64,000 nucleotides of DNA, from assembly GCA_965249725.1 (NCBI GenBank), contig OZ252251.1, positions 640,001 through 704,000 on the forward strand, written 5' to 3'. Positions 9,666 through 20,134 of the stretch are shown piece after piece. The notes under the pieces are model-generated. The model worked only from the letters and a program-made list of their open reading frames with translations, was not told the DNA's origin and ran no database searches. Each line of letters starts with the position of its first letter. The first letter of the stretch is position 1. This DNA is from Longimicrobiales bacterium (GTDB lineage: Bacteria; Gemmatimonadota; Gemmatimonadetes; Longimicrobiales; Gaopeijiaceae). The position numbers and the translations under genes are program-made.

Positions 9666-11198
9666 GTGTCGCAATCCAACACCGTTTGGGATCTCTTGTC
9701 CGCCGGACGCGACGGGGACGTCGCACTGGCTTGTCCGGGCCGGCCTCCACTGCCGTACGCCGGTCTTCGGTCGCAGGTCGAAACCACGGTTGCCGCGCTC
9801 AACGAACGGGGGATCGGGAGAGGCGACCGGGTCGCTCTGGTCCTGCGCAACGGGCCGGAAATGGCCTCGGCCTTTCTTGCCGTGGCGGCGGGCGCCACCA
9901 ACGCGCCACTCAACCCGGCCTACCGACGGGAAGAGTGCGAGTTCTATCTCGCCGATCTCGGTGCCAAGGCGTTGATCGTCGATGAGGGCAGTGACTCACC
10001 CGCCGTCGAAGTGGCCGCCGATCTGGGCATTCAAGTTCTGGAGTTGCGGGTGAGTGAAGGATCCATGGCCGGCACCTTCGAACTCGCCGGCAGCGGCACG
10101 GGCCGGGCGGTCTCCAGCGGTGGCCTTGCCGAGGAGGATGACACCGCACTCGTGTTGCATACATCCGGCACCACTGCGAGGCCCAAGATCGTCCCTTTGG
10201 CTCAACGCAATATCTGCGCGTCGGCAGGCAATATCCGAAGGACCCTACGGCTCACGGAGACGGATCGCTGCATGAACGTGATGCCGCTCTTCCACATCCA
10301 CGGCCTGATGGCGGCGACCATGGCGCCCTTGAGCGCCGGGGCATCCGTCTTCTGCACACCCGGGTTCAACGCCCTCAAGTTCTTCGGATGGTTGGACGAG
10401 GCGCGACCGACGTACTACACCGCAGTTCCCACCATGCACCAAGCGATTCTGGCGCGGTCCCGGGGAAATCGGGAGGTACTCGATCGGGTCTCCCTCCGGT
10501 TCGTGCGATCCTCTTCCTCCTCGCTGCCTCCGCAGGTGATGGCCGAGCTGGAGGACGTGTTCGAGGCCCCGGTGGTGGAGGCGTATGCCATGACCGAGGC
10601 GTCGCACCAGATGACGTGCAATCCGCTTCCTCCGGCTCTGCGGAAGGCCGGTACGGTGGGTGTCGCGGCCGGACCTTATGTGTCGATAATGGATGCCACG
10701 GGTGCCCTCCAAGCGCCTGGTGTCGTGGGGGAGGTGGTGATCAAGGGATCCAACGTCATGGACGGCTACGAGAACAACGCCGAAGCGAATGCTGCCGCCT
10801 TCGCGGACGGTTGGTTCCGCACCGGAGACCAGGGTGTGATGGACGCCGAAGGGTACCTCACGATCACCGGACGCCTGAAGGAGATCATCAACCGTGGAGG
10901 TGAGAAGATCTCTCCGCGCGAAGTCGACGACGTGATCATGGATCACGCAGCGGTTCGGCAGGTAGTCACCTTCGCCGTGCCGCACGCCAAGCTCGGGGAA
11001 GAGGTGGCCGCGGCTGTGGTGCTCCGGGAGGGAATGGAGGCCACGGTGCAGGAGATCCGGGACTTTGCCGCCACCCGGTTGGCCGACTTCAAGTGCCCCC
11101 GGAAGGTCATCATCCTGGATGAGATTCCCCTGGGGCCGACCGGGAAGCTGCAACGCATCGGAATGGCGCAGAAGCTGGGTCTTGAGGCACCCACATGA
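9666..11198 (+). CDS. Acyl-CoA synthetase, oxalate--CoA ligase (AAE3/Pcs60)-like
   Basis: LHTSGTTARPK P-loop, PLFHIHGL, AYAMTEASHQM, FRTGD, RGGEKISP, PTGKLQR; GTG start at 9666 inferred. Confidence 0.85.
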   Translation: MSQSNTVWDLLSAGRDGDVALACPGRPPLPYAGLRSQVETTVAALNERGIGRGDRVALVLRNGPEMASAFLAVAAGATNAPLNPAYRREECEFYLADLGAKALIVDEGSDSPAVEVAADLGIQVLELRVSEGSMAGTFELAGSGTGRAVSSGGLAEEDDTALVLHTSGTTARPKIVPLAQRNICASAGNIRRTLRLTETDRCMNVMPLFHIHGLMAATMAPLSAGASVFCTPGFNALKFFGWLDEARPTYYTAVPTMHQAILARSRGNREVLDRVSLRFVRSSSSSLPPQVMAELEDVFEAPVVEAYAMTEASHQMTCNPLPPALRKAGTVGVAAGPYVSIMDATGALQAPGVVGEVVIKGSNVMDGYENNAEANAAAFADGWFRTGDQGVMDAEGYLTITGRLKEIINRGGEKISPREVDDVIMDHAAVRQVVTFAVPHAKLGEEVAAAVVLREGMEATVQEIRDFAATRLADFKCPRKVIILDEIPLGPTGKLQRIGMAQKLGLEAPT

Positions 11199-11208
11199 TG
11201 GTGAAGAA

Positions 11209-12183
11209 ATGAGGATCTGCGTCTACGGCGCCGGTGCGATCGGGGGGTACTTGGGGGGCCAGTTGGCTCTGTCCGGCGCCGACGTGACGCTCGTGGCGCG
11301 CGGGCCGCACCTCGAGGCGATGCAGACGAACGGACTCAAGCTGCTAGTGGATGGCGAGGAGCGCATCGCCCAGCCCCGCTGCACAGACGATCCGTCCGAG
11401 GCCGGTCCACAGGACTATGTCATCGTCACCTTGAAAGCCCACGCGGTGCCTGCGGTCGTCGATGCCATGCAGCCGCTCTTGGAGCCTCATACGGCCGTGG
11501 TGACCGCTACGAACGGCGTCCCGTGGTGGTACTTCTATGGGCTGGAGGGGCCGTGGAGAGACCGCCGGCTCGAGAGCGTGGATCCCGATGGTACCCAGTG
11601 GGAAAAGATTGGACCCAAGCGGGCGATCGGGTGCGTCGTGTATCCGGCCACAGAGGTGATCGAGCCGGGCGTGATCCGGCATCTGGACGGCGATCGCTTC
11701 ACCCTGGGAGAGCCCACTGGAGCGAAGACCGAGAGGGTTCGCGCGCTCAGCCATGCCCTCATCGCCGCCGGATTCCGGGCTCCCGTCCGAGACATTCGTG
11801 ACGAGCTTTGGGTGAAGCTCTGGGGCAACCTCACCTTCAATCCCCTCAGTGCGCTCACGCAGGAGACCCTGGACATCGTGGCAACGGACCCGGGAACGCG
11901 GGCTGTGGCCAAGGCTATGATGCTCGAGGCCCAGGCTATCGGCGAGAAGCTGGGCGTGCACTTCAAGGTCGATGCCGATCGCCGCATCGACGGGGCCGCC
12001 GCCGTCGGAAAGCACCGCACTTCGATGCTGCAGGATCTCGAGAAGGGGCGGCCCATGGAGATCGACGCCCTCGTCGGCGCGGTCCAAGAGATGGGACGTC
12101 TCGTGGACGTTCCGACGCCGACGATCGACGTGGTCTTGGCCCTCGTTCAGCAGAGGGCCAGGGCGGCGGGGTGCTACAGCTGA
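11209..12183 (+). CDS. Ketopantoate reductase family protein (PanE/ApbA; oxalyl-CoA reductase-like)
   Basis: GAGAIGG Rossmann motif, NGVPWW, WVKLWGN, TSMLQDLEKGRPMEID. Confidence 0.88.
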   Translation: MRICVYGAGAIGGYLGGQLALSGADVTLVARGPHLEAMQTNGLKLLVDGEERIAQPRCTDDPSEAGPQDYVIVTLKAHAVPAVVDAMQPLLEPHTAVVTATNGVPWWYFYGLEGPWRDRRLESVDPDGTQWEKIGPKRAIGCVVYPATEVIEPGVIRHLDGDRFTLGEPTGAKTERVRALSHALIAAGFRAPVRDIRDELWVKLWGNLTFNPLSALTQETLDIVATDPGTRAVAKAMMLEAQAIGEKLGVHFKVDADRRIDGAAAVGKHRTSMLQDLEKGRPMEIDALVGAVQEMGRLVDVPTPTIDVVLALVQQRARAAGCYS

Positions 12184-12199
12184 GTTGGAGCCCTCGCGG

Positions 12200-13531
12200 C
12201 TACTGCATCTGCACTACGAAGAGGCCCTCATTACGGCTCGTGAAGGCAATGATTCCGCTCTGGAAGAACGGGTAGTTGCTCCAGGAGCCGTCGAAACCCG
12301 GCTCGTCGATTCCAGGCACCGTGTCGAAGTATGCGACCTCGACCGGATTCACCGGATCGGACACATCGAGGATCCGGAGTCCGCTCACGTAGTTGGACTG
12401 GTACATGAGGTGATCGCGGATATAGAGGTTGTGGTCCGTGGAGGTCGTGACGCCGAGGTGCTCATTGGCCAGGACGGGGTCGTCCAGGTCCTCGATGTCC
12501 CAGATGATGGTGCGGGTTCGGGGCACCGTCCACCTGAGCTCGTCGATCTCGTCGTTGATGTAGAAGAAGCGGTGGTCGTCGGAGATCCAGCCCTGATGTA
12601 CGTATCCGTAGTTGGGATACTCGGCCTTCGAAATGGCCCTGGGGTCGTTCTTGTCGGTCACATCCGCAATGCTGAGCGCGTCTTCGTTGGCGCCGAGGCA
12701 GATCTCCCGGCCCAGGTGTTCCTCGTCCGGACCCGCATACACGATGCACTGGGCGTCATGCGTGTATCCGGATCCTTCTCTGCCCGTGGAGTGATCGGCG
12801 AAGCATCCCGCAAAGCTCGGGCTCGCCGGTGTGCGGATGTCGATCATGTGGAGTCCGCGACCACAGGTGTCGCCTCCCGAAGAGGCCGCCACGACGTACG
12901 CGAAGCCCGTCGCCTCGTTGATCACGATGTTGTGTGCGCTGGCGATCCTGCCGTATACCGTCGCTTCTTGGAAGGTCACGGGTGCATCCTGGACATCTCT
13001 GAGGTGGCGCAGGTCGAAGACCTGGACGCCGTGATCGTTCGCGCGATCGGCCACTATGAAAGCGTGATCTGCGTAGACCTTCACGTCTCGCCACGGGCTG
13101 ATCGGAGACCCGAACGTCCGGAAGAGTTGGCCCAGATATACCGGGTTCTCCGGATCCTCGAGGCTGACGAAGGCCATGCCGTCGGTCCGGCCCACCAGGG
13201 CGTACTCGATGCCGGTCAGGGGGTCCGTCCAACCCCACAGGTCGTTTACGGTGATCTCGGGAACGGAGTCGGCGGGTGCCGCGCCAGGTGCGGGGCCACC
13301 ACCCATCGCCTCTATGGGGAGGAACGACACAAGATCCAGGTTGGAGCACGCGTATCCGGCAGCGAACCCGCCCTGGCATTCGACCATGGATCCGAGGACG
13401 GCGCCGGTGAACCCGGGATCCTCATCCAGTGCTGTCGTGCTATCTGAGCAAGCGGACAGGAGGAGCATCGCTCCCACCACCGACATCTGCAGTAGGGTTC
13501 GAACGGCATGTGGCGATTTGAATCGACTCAA
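12200..13531 (-). CDS. Choice-of-anchor B family (LVIVD-type beta-propeller) lipoprotein
   Basis: Lipobox LSAC; NDLWGWTDP, WRDVKVY, AHNI, THDAQC, VHQGW, DHNL, WSNYPFF motifs; start TTG 13531 or ATG 13486. Confidence 0.85.
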   Translation of the reverse strand: MSRFKSPHAVRTLLQMSVVGAMLLLSACSDSTTALDEDPGFTGAVLGSMVECQGGFAAGYACSNLDLVSFLPIEAMGGGPAPGAAPADSVPEITVNDLWGWTDPLTGIEYALVGRTDGMAFVSLEDPENPVYLGQLFRTFGSPISPWRDVKVYADHAFIVADRANDHGVQVFDLRHLRDVQDAPVTFQEATVYGRIASAHNIVINEATGFAYVVAASSGGDTCGRGLHMIDIRTPASPSFAGCFADHSTGREGSGYTHDAQCIVYAGPDEEHLGREICLGANEDALSIADVTDKNDPRAISKAEYPNYGYVHQGWISDDHRFFYINDEIDELRWTVPRTRTIIWDIEDLDDPVLANEHLGVTTSTDHNLYIRDHLMYQSNYVSGLRILDVSDPVNPVEVAYFDTVPGIDEPGFDGSWSNYPFFQSGIIAFTSRNEGLFVVQMQ

Positions 13532-13651
13532 AGTTTCCTCCGACGCGCTGGTAATCCCCCGTAGTCCTCGAACCATCCCGCGGCCGGATCGGCTCCTCTT
13601 TCTATGACCCCCAATGTACGACGGTGCGGCCCGGACGTGACAGCCGATGCG

Positions 13652-14386
13652 CTAAACGGCATCTCCGAACACCACCGACAGGAATCGTCGCAGGATGGCC
13701 TCGGTTTCCGGCGTCTCGGGAGTCGCGGCCGCGAACTCGTCAAGCGTCGTGTGCCCCGTGAGCGGAAGGTACTCGGGGTAATAGGCGATCCGCTTGATGA
13801 GGCCGGTGCGGTCGAGTTCCGGGTGAAACTGCGTGCAGTAGATCGGCTTGCCCTCGAACCGGAAGGCCTCGTTGGGAACCGTACGGCTGGAAGCGAGCAG
13901 GACGGCCCCGGGAGGGAGCTTCGTGACGATGTCCTCGTGTCCGATCTGAACCGAAAAGGTCTGGCCCAGGGGCCCGAAGACGGGATCACGGCGCCCCGCA
14001 GGCGTCAGTTCCAGCGTTGCGGTGCCTACTTCGGCCAAGTCGTGATCGGTGACGACCTCACCGCCCATGGCGCGCGCCATGGCCTGGAAGCCCCAGCAAG
14101 ACGCGAAGGTCGGCTTGGAGTATTCGTACAGTTCCCTCATCGTCTCGAGCGCCGCAGGGAGCCAGGGGCCACCCCGGGCGACCGAATAGTCCCCACTTCC
14201 TCCGAGGAGGACGACGTCCGTCGAGTCCAGCGTCTCGTCCGAGGGGACTCCGCTGAGAAGGTCGAAGATTTGAATTTGGTCCGGCGAGCAGCGGAACGAG
14301 CGGGCGAAACACTCGATTTCGTGCTCCCGCATCGGATCGTCGTCGTTCCGTACCTGAAGGAGCAGGAAGCGGCGGTTCTGTGGCAT
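13652..14386 (-). CDS. Type 1 glutamine amidotransferase (GMP synthase GATase-like)
   Basis: Nucleophile elbow SCWGFQ and QFHPE catalytic triad. Confidence 0.88.
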   Translation of the reverse strand: MPQNRRFLLLQVRNDDDPMREHEIECFARSFRCSPDQIQIFDLLSGVPSDETLDSTDVVLLGGSGDYSVARGGPWLPAALETMRELYEYSKPTFASCWGFQAMARAMGGEVVTDHDLAEVGTATLELTPAGRRDPVFGPLGQTFSVQIGHEDIVTKLPPGAVLLASSRTVPNEAFRFEGKPIYCTQFHPELDRTGLIKRIAYYPEYLPLTGHTTLDEFAAATPETPETEAILRRFLSVVFGDAV

Positions 14387-14601
14387 GCGGTTTCGGGTCG
14401 GCGTGTGGCTCTCGCCCCGAAGCAGGGCGCACGGACTCGAAAAAAGATGAGCTTGGTGGGCAAAGCGGGCAACGCATAGGGGGGCGCGGGCCTCCAGCGG
14501 GACCCGGCGCCTTTCAAGAGCCTTCTCTGTCCGGCATGCCGGTCGCGACCACATATTCGCAGTCCATCGATCCGTACTCTCGGGCTCCGAGGTGACCCTA
14601 C

Positions 14602-15951
14602 ATGATCACGCGACGACGCTGGCCCTTGGTCGGCCCTGGAGCGTTCCTTCCGCTATTGGCCTTCGCGCTCGTCAGCCCGCAGGGCGTCGCGGGGCAGGGC
14701 CTCCTCATCGAGGACGTCACCCTGATCGATGGCACAGGCCGGCCACCGATGGCCGGTGCGTATGTCCTCGTCCAGGGCGACCGCATCGCGACCGTATCCC
14801 GCGATCCGTTGGATGCCCCGGCCGGGACCACTCGCATCGATGGCCGCGGCCGGTATCTGATACCCGGACTCATGGACATGCACATCCACCTGTCCGGAGG
14901 TCGGGGCAGGGCAGGTCCGAACGAACAAGCCGGCATCCAGGCGCTCCACGGCTTCCTGTATAGCGGCTTCACCTCCGTCTTCGACGCTGGAAACAACCCG
15001 GACTACATCTTCGGACTGCGAGAACGGGAGCGGGCGAACGAGTTGGCGGCTCCGAGGATCTTCGCCACGGGTGGTGTGGTCACGGCCCCTGGAGGGCATG
15101 GTGGCGGGTCGGGTGCGGCACTCATCGAGAGCTGGCCCAGAGATCGCAGCAACCTGGAGGAGCACTTGTCCCGCTCTCCCGACCTGGTGAAGCTGACCTT
15201 CGACGAGCACGGCTGGGGCACGCGGCCGCTCATTCCTCTTCTCGACCCCGAGCTCATGGCCGAGGCCGGCCGCTTCTACAACGAGCATGGGGTGCGAACG
15301 ACCGTTCACATCTCCCACGAGTATCGCGCACGACAGGCGATCGAAGCCGGGATCAACACCCTGGCCCACCCCATCATTCAGGGGCCTGTCAGCGAAGGCT
15401 TCGTGAAGCTCATGGCCTCGACGAAAACGCCCATGGTGTCCACCCTCACCATCGGTGAGGGATACAGCCGGTTGGTGGAACATCCCGAGTTCCTGGATTC
15501 GCCGATCTACCAAGCGGTGTACGAGCCCGACGCCATCGAGCGCCTGAAGACGACTGTACGAGACGGGTACGCGGCGAGAGCCTGGACCACGTGGATGAAG
15601 GTCATGACGCCCGTGGCCCAGGAGAATCTCCGGCAGATCGTGGAGGGGGGCGGTGTGATCGTCCTCGGGTCCGATCAGTCGAGCGGCCCGGCGTCGCATC
15701 GAGAACTGGAGCTGATGGTCGAGGGTGGGATTCCCGCGCTCGAAGCCATCCGTATCGGTACGCTGAACGCGGCTATCTTCATGGGGAAGGAGCGGGAGAT
15801 GGGCTCGGTGGAGGAGGGGAAGTTGGCCGATCTGGTCCTGCTCTCGGCGGATCCCGTTGCCGACATCAGCAACGCCCAGAAGATCGACATGGTGATCAAG
15901 GGCGGGAGGATTATCGATCGGGGGGCGCTGGATTTGCCGGCGAACCGGTAG
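14602..15951 (+). CDS. Secreted amidohydrolase family protein
   Basis: Signal peptide, PGLMDMHIH, TVH, LAH, GSD, GSVEEGKLADLVLL. Confidence 0.9.
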   Translation: MITRRRWPLVGPGAFLPLLAFALVSPQGVAGQGLLIEDVTLIDGTGRPPMAGAYVLVQGDRIATVSRDPLDAPAGTTRIDGRGRYLIPGLMDMHIHLSGGRGRAGPNEQAGIQALHGFLYSGFTSVFDAGNNPDYIFGLRERERANELAAPRIFATGGVVTAPGGHGGGSGAALIESWPRDRSNLEEHLSRSPDLVKLTFDEHGWGTRPLIPLLDPELMAEAGRFYNEHGVRTTVHISHEYRARQAIEAGINTLAHPIIQGPVSEGFVKLMASTKTPMVSTLTIGEGYSRLVEHPEFLDSPIYQAVYEPDAIERLKTTVRDGYAARAWTTWMKVMTPVAQENLRQIVEGGGVIVLGSDQSSGPASHRELELMVEGGIPALEAIRIGTLNAAIFMGKEREMGSVEEGKLADLVLLSADPVADISNAQKIDMVIKGGRIIDRGALDLPANR

Positions 15952-15954
15952 ATC

Positions 15955-15978
15955 GATCCCCCGTGACCCCGGGGGGTC
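15955..15978. terminator. Possible bidirectional terminator hairpin
   Basis: GATCCCCC...GGGGGGTC inverted repeat between convergent genes; no U-tract. Confidence 0.35.
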
Positions 15979-16004
15979 CGTGCTGCCGAACCCCGGCGCC
16001 GTCC

Positions 16005-17771
16005 TTAGGGCCGGTTCGCCTCGATGCGCCTAGCCATTTCCCTGAACATCTCGCCCCGCGGCTTGGGCTGCCATCCGTGGCTCATCATCGGGCGCCCGTA
16101 GAGGATCTCCCCGCCATAGTGTGGCTCGGCGGTCTCGAAGAACTCCTCGAGTTCGTAGACGGCCAGGTTCAAGTAGAACTGATCCATCTCCCCGACGTAG
16201 ACACGGAGTTTCCCCACGAGGTCGGGGCCGATCTCGTCCCAGTTCTGCCGGATGTAGTGAACCAGGTCGTACCCGTTGTCTCGCATGTACTCGGCCACCT
16301 CCCGGTCGATCACTCCTGTGTCCGGGTCCCAAAGTGGGCGTGGGTAACCGTCGTCGCCTACCGGTCCGTATACGGCCTCCCAGATCCCCAACTGTTGAGC
16401 GCCACGGCCCTTGTTTCCTAGGACCTGCTCGAAGCGCGTCATGTCACGCATCGTGATCGTCGGTTGTCCGATGAAGTCGCCGTGATTCCAGTGGTCTCGC
16501 ATCCAATAGCGCTCTGGCTCGATCCACTCGTGATGGAGGTCGGGCGTGTAGGCGTTCGCCTCCTCGTAGATGTTGATGAGACCGTAGCGCGTGAAGTCGA
16601 TGGGATCCGGATAGAGTACCCACGCGCCACCGAAGAACTCGGGGTTCTGGACCTGCAGCACCAGCGACTCCCACCCGCCGGTGGACCCACCGGTCAGCAC
16701 TCGCGCATACCCCTCGCGGATGATCCGGAACTCCTCCTCGACACGTGGAATCAGCTCCGTCATGATGGCGTCACCGTACGGTCCGTTGTTGGCCGAGTTC
16801 ACGGCGTAGGAGTCGTCGTAATAGGGGGTCGGGTGCTGGAACGTGACTCCGATCATCCTCGGGAAGTCGTCTGACATCCACTGATGAGAGAACTCCCAAC
16901 CGGTCTCGCCGTTGTGGCGCAGGCGCACCTCGCGGCGGTCCGGGTCCTCCTGTCCGGGCGCCTCGGCGGTGGTGAAGCCGAAGGGAGCGCCGAGACTGAA
17001 ATGGCCTTGCCCATAGACCACCGGGTAGCGCCGGTCGGGCTCCTCTTGGTATCCCTTGGGCAGCAGGACCGTCGCACCCAGGTAGATGGGCCGGCCCCAG
17101 AACTCCGTGAGCAGTTCGCTCTGGAACTTGATGCGTTTCACCCATTCGGTGTCGGGCGGGACCTCGACCGGAGGGAGTACGTCGGTCAACTCCAGCTGGA
17201 CCGTGTATCCGGCGCTCGGATCGAGGTGCACGCGCTGCACCTCACTCACGATATTCCCGGGCGAACGGTTGAACCTCTGGCCCTCCCATTGGTCGTCGTG
17301 GATCCAGACCGTGTGGCCGTCCGCTCGCTGAAACTCCGTGTACACGTTTGCGATGGCCTGGACGTAGTATTCGCCGGCCGGGATATCGCCCAAGCGCTCG
17401 GGAGGGTATCCGACCGTGGCACCGTCCAGGACGGCGGCTTCACCCGGCTGCCAATCCTGCACGTCTACGCCGAAGAAAGGGACGCTCGTCTCCCACGCGC
17501 CAGCCTGTAGGCGGGGCTCCCGAGAGTCGTCGCGGGTGATCATGACCAACACGCGGCCCGTGATGGGCTCGGACCGAGCCGACTCGGCGTACGTTACCTC
17601 GAAGCGTGTGTCGGCCGGGCCGGTGCATCCGCCGACCAGCACCGCTACGGCGATCAGGCTCGACGCGAAGGTGCGGGGGCCGCGGCGGTGCGTACCAGGG
17701 TGTGTACCAGGGTGTGTACCAGGGTGTGTACCAGCGTGTGTACCAGCGTGTGTACCGAGTGGTCGTGACAT
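16005..17771 (-). CDS. Putative esterase (alpha/beta hydrolase) lipoprotein
   Basis: GGSTGG nucleophile motif, lipobox VGGC, NSANNGPYG; GGAG RBS before ATG 17771. Confidence 0.8.
   Translation of the reverse strand: MSRPLGTHAGTHAGTHPGTHPGTHPGTHRRGPRTFASSLIAVAVLVGGCTGPADTRFEVTYAESARSEPITGRVLVMITRDDSREPRLQAGAWETSVPFFGVDVQDWQPGEAAVLDGATVGYPPERLGDIPAGEYYVQAIANVYTEFQRADGHTVWIHDDQWEGQRFNRSPGNIVSEVQRVHLDPSAGYTVQLELTDVLPPVEVPPDTEWVKRIKFQSELLTEFWGRPIYLGATVLLPKGYQEEPDRRYPVVYGQGHFSLGAPFGFTTAEAPGQEDPDRREVRLRHNGETGWEFSHQWMSDDFPRMIGVTFQHPTPYYDDSYAVNSANNGPYGDAIMTELIPRVEEEFRIIREGYARVLTGGSTGGWESLVLQVQNPEFFGGAWVLYPDPIDFTRYGLINIYEEANAYTPDLHHEWIEPERYWMRDHWNHGDFIGQPTITMRDMTRFEQVLGNKGRGAQQLGIWEAVYGPVGDDGYPRPLWDPDTGVIDREVAEYMRDNGYDLVHYIRQNWDEIGPDLVGKLRVYVGEMDQFYLNLAVYELEEFFETAEPHYGGEILYGRPMMSHGWQPKPRGEMFREMARRIEANRP
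17688..17756. repeat. 12-bp tandem repeat GTGTGTACCAG(G/C) x~5.7, encoding GTH(A/P) repeats
   Basis: Read directly; lies in the signal-peptide n-region of the esterase. Confidence 0.95.
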
Positions 17772-17987
17772 CGTGGTTCTCCGTTGTTCTTCTGCGACAA
17801 CTCCTAGGTGACCGCGGAGCAACGCGCGCGCCGGGGAGGAGGTGACGATACGGCTGCTTGGCCGTGATGTCATCGTCGGGAGGGCCCGCACGAGGGCCGA
17901 GCCGCGGCCCGAGGTTGCCGCGCGTACGTTCCGACTGCCTTTTGAGGGACCCTGTTGCCCGGATCTCCGACCCTACGAGGGAACCTG

Positions 17988-19400
17988 ATGTCCTCCGAAT
18001 GCACAAGGCACCCGCAATCCCATCGGAAGCCGCTCACCGGCCTTTCCACGATCCTGACCTGGATCCTCGCACTCGTCGGTGTCTTCCTGATGACCGCGTG
18101 TGCTCCGTGGGACACGCCCGGTACGACCGACTCCTCCTTCGAGTTCGACCTCCCCAACTGGTCCGAGCAGGTAACACTGCGCGAGGGGTGGCTCGAACGT
18201 CGACACGAGATGCTGCTCCCCATGATGCGCCAGTACGATATCGACATGTGGATCATTGTGAACGAGGAGTTCCACGACGATCCGCTGACCGAGTACATCG
18301 CACCTCCCAGGCCCTATACCGGCAACCGCGACATGTTCGTGTTCGTCGACACGGGAGCGGGATTGCGGAGCGTCGCGATCACCGGGTTTTCGGAAGTCAA
18401 TCTCAAGCGTTTCTTCGAGTCGCCCGACGAGCCGCGCCCGGCCAGCGAAGTGCTACCGGAGCTCTATCGCGAGCATGCTCCGCAGCGCATCGCGCTCGCA
18501 ATGGACGGGCGGAAAGGCATGACCCGCAGCCTGACCCATGCGTCGTATGGGTACCTGAGTGAGATCATGGGCCCGGAGGCCACCTCCAGGTTCGTGGGCG
18601 CGGCCGACTTGATCGAAGAGTTTCTCGACACCCGGATTCCCGAGGAACTGGAGTCCTACCGCCAGCTCGTCCAGCTGACGGAGATCATTGCCAAGCGGTC
18701 ACTGTCCGACGAGGTCATCGAGCCCGGCGTCACGACGATCGGTGACGTGCGACGCTGGATCTACAACGCGATGTGGGAATACCGCGTGGGGACGTGGTTC
18801 CAGCCCGACCTGCGGCATCAGCGCGGCGGAAGGCCGAACGACACGTCCAGGGGCTTTCTCGCGGTTGCGCCGGAGGATTGGGTGATCGAGCCGGGCGACG
18901 TGCTGCACCTCGATGTGGGCATTTCCTATCTCGGGTTCGACACCGACTGGCAAAAGATGGCCTATGTGCTTCGCGACGGTGAGGCGGAGCCGCCGGCCGG
19001 CCTCCAAGCCGCCATGGCGAACACGAACGCTCTTCAGGACGCCCTCACGTCGACCGCCCGCCCGGGCCTCACGGCCGGCGAGGTGTACGACGCGACCATG
19101 GCTGTGATGGACGCCCAGTTGATCAACGCCCAGATCTACTCCCATCCGCTCGGCAACCACGGCCACGGCATGGGGCCGAGCATCGACTTCCGGTCGGCCC
19201 GACGGGGCGACACGGCCCGACAGTCGAAGCGCCTCCGGGACGGCTCGTACATCTCGATCGAGCTCAACACCCGCACGGCCGTGCCCGAGTGGGACGGGCA
19301 GGAGGTCTACATCATGATGGAGGATCCTGCACACCTGGACGACGAAGGGTACCACTTCTTCGTGCCACGACAGGAGAGTTTCTACCTCATCGGGGGATGA
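17988..19400 (+). CDS. M24 family metallopeptidase (Xaa-Pro aminopeptidase-like) lipoprotein
   Basis: Metal ligands in HLDVG...[22 protein letters not shown]; lipobox MTAC. Confidence 0.85.
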   Translation: MSSECTRHPQSHRKPLTGLSTILTWILALVGVFLMTACAPWDTPGTTDSSFEFDLPNWSEQVTLREGWLERRHEMLLPMMRQYDIDMWIIVNEEFHDDPLTEYIAPPRPYTGNRDMFVFVDTGAGLRSVAITGFSEVNLKRFFESPDEPRPASEVLPELYREHAPQRIALAMDGRKGMTRSLTHASYGYLSEIMGPEATSRFVGAADLIEEFLDTRIPEELESYRQLVQLTEIIAKRSLSDEVIEPGVTTIGDVRRWIYNAMWEYRVGTWFQPDLRHQRGGRPNDTSRGFLAVAPEDWVIEPGDVLHLDVGISYLGFDTDWQKMAYVLRDGEAEPPAGLQAAMANTNALQDALTSTARPGLTAGEVYDATMAVMDAQLINAQIYSHPLGNHGHGMGPSIDFRSARRGDTARQSKRLRDGSYISIELNTRTAVPEWDGQEVYIMMEDPAHLDDEGYHFFVPRQESFYLIGG

Positions 19401-19447
19401 GGCGGTGCCTGATCGGAGGCGGTTGAGCCGATCGGGGCCGGTTGCGC

Positions 19448-20134
19448 TCAACGGACCTCGGGTCCCCCCGTCCGATCGTCCGGGACGAATCGATCTCGTG
19501 CCGGCATCACCACCGCCGGCAGGGTCTCGGCGTTCATGACCGCGTCCTCAGGGATGATCTCGTTGAGGTAAAGGACGTAGGCCACGGCACCGTAGACCTC
19601 GTTCGGTGTGAGCGAGCCCGGCGACTCCAACGGCATCGTGCGCGTGACGTAGTCGAAGATCGTGGTGGCGTAGGGCCAGTAGTTTCCGACCGTCTTCGTG
19701 TATTGCCCCCGGGCCGCGCCGAACGGGAAGCCCTCGCGTGGCTCGCGACCGACCAGGCGGTCATTCGGACCCTCGGTGCCGGTGGCCCCGTGACAGACCG
19801 CGCACTTGGCCGAGAACACCTGTGCACCTTCGGCGACGGTTGCACCTCCGGGCGGCAAGCCGGCTCCGTCGGGCCGGACGTCCTTGTCCAAGGCGGCGAT
19901 CTCGGTCGCAGTGGCATCCCGGCCGATCTCGAAGGTGGCAGGCCAGTGCGCCGGAGCCGCTGATGCAACCGGAGGGGGCCCGAACCCGGGAGGGGTCTGC
20001 CGCCCGGCCGAACCCTGTCCACTCGGTGCGGCCGCATCAGGCTGGCACGCCGTAAGGGCGACAGCCAGCCCGATCAGAGTCGCGGCCACTCGATGAGAGT
20101 CACGCAATCCGGAGTCGCTACGTGCGCGGCTCAT
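19448..20134 (-). CDS. soxD: c-type cytochrome, SoxD-like lipoprotein
   Basis: CAVCH heme motif, DVRPDGAGLPPG, TVGNYWPYATTIFDYVTRTMP; ATGA overlap with soxC. Confidence 0.82.
   Translation of the reverse strand: MSRARSDSGLRDSHRVAATLIGLAVALTACQPDAAAPSGQGSAGRQTPPGFGPPPVASAAPAHWPATFEIGRDATATEIAALDKDVRPDGAGLPPGGATVAEGAQVFSAKCAVCHGATGTEGPNDRLVGREPREGFPFGAARGQYTKTVGNYWPYATTIFDYVTRTMPLESPGSLTPNEVYGAVAYVLYLNEIIPEDAVMNAETLPAVVMPARDRFVPDDRTGGPEVR

Noticed and set aside
17688..17756. CRISPR array (also considered for 34278-34334)
   Set aside because: Contiguous 12-bp units with no spacers and no cas genes.
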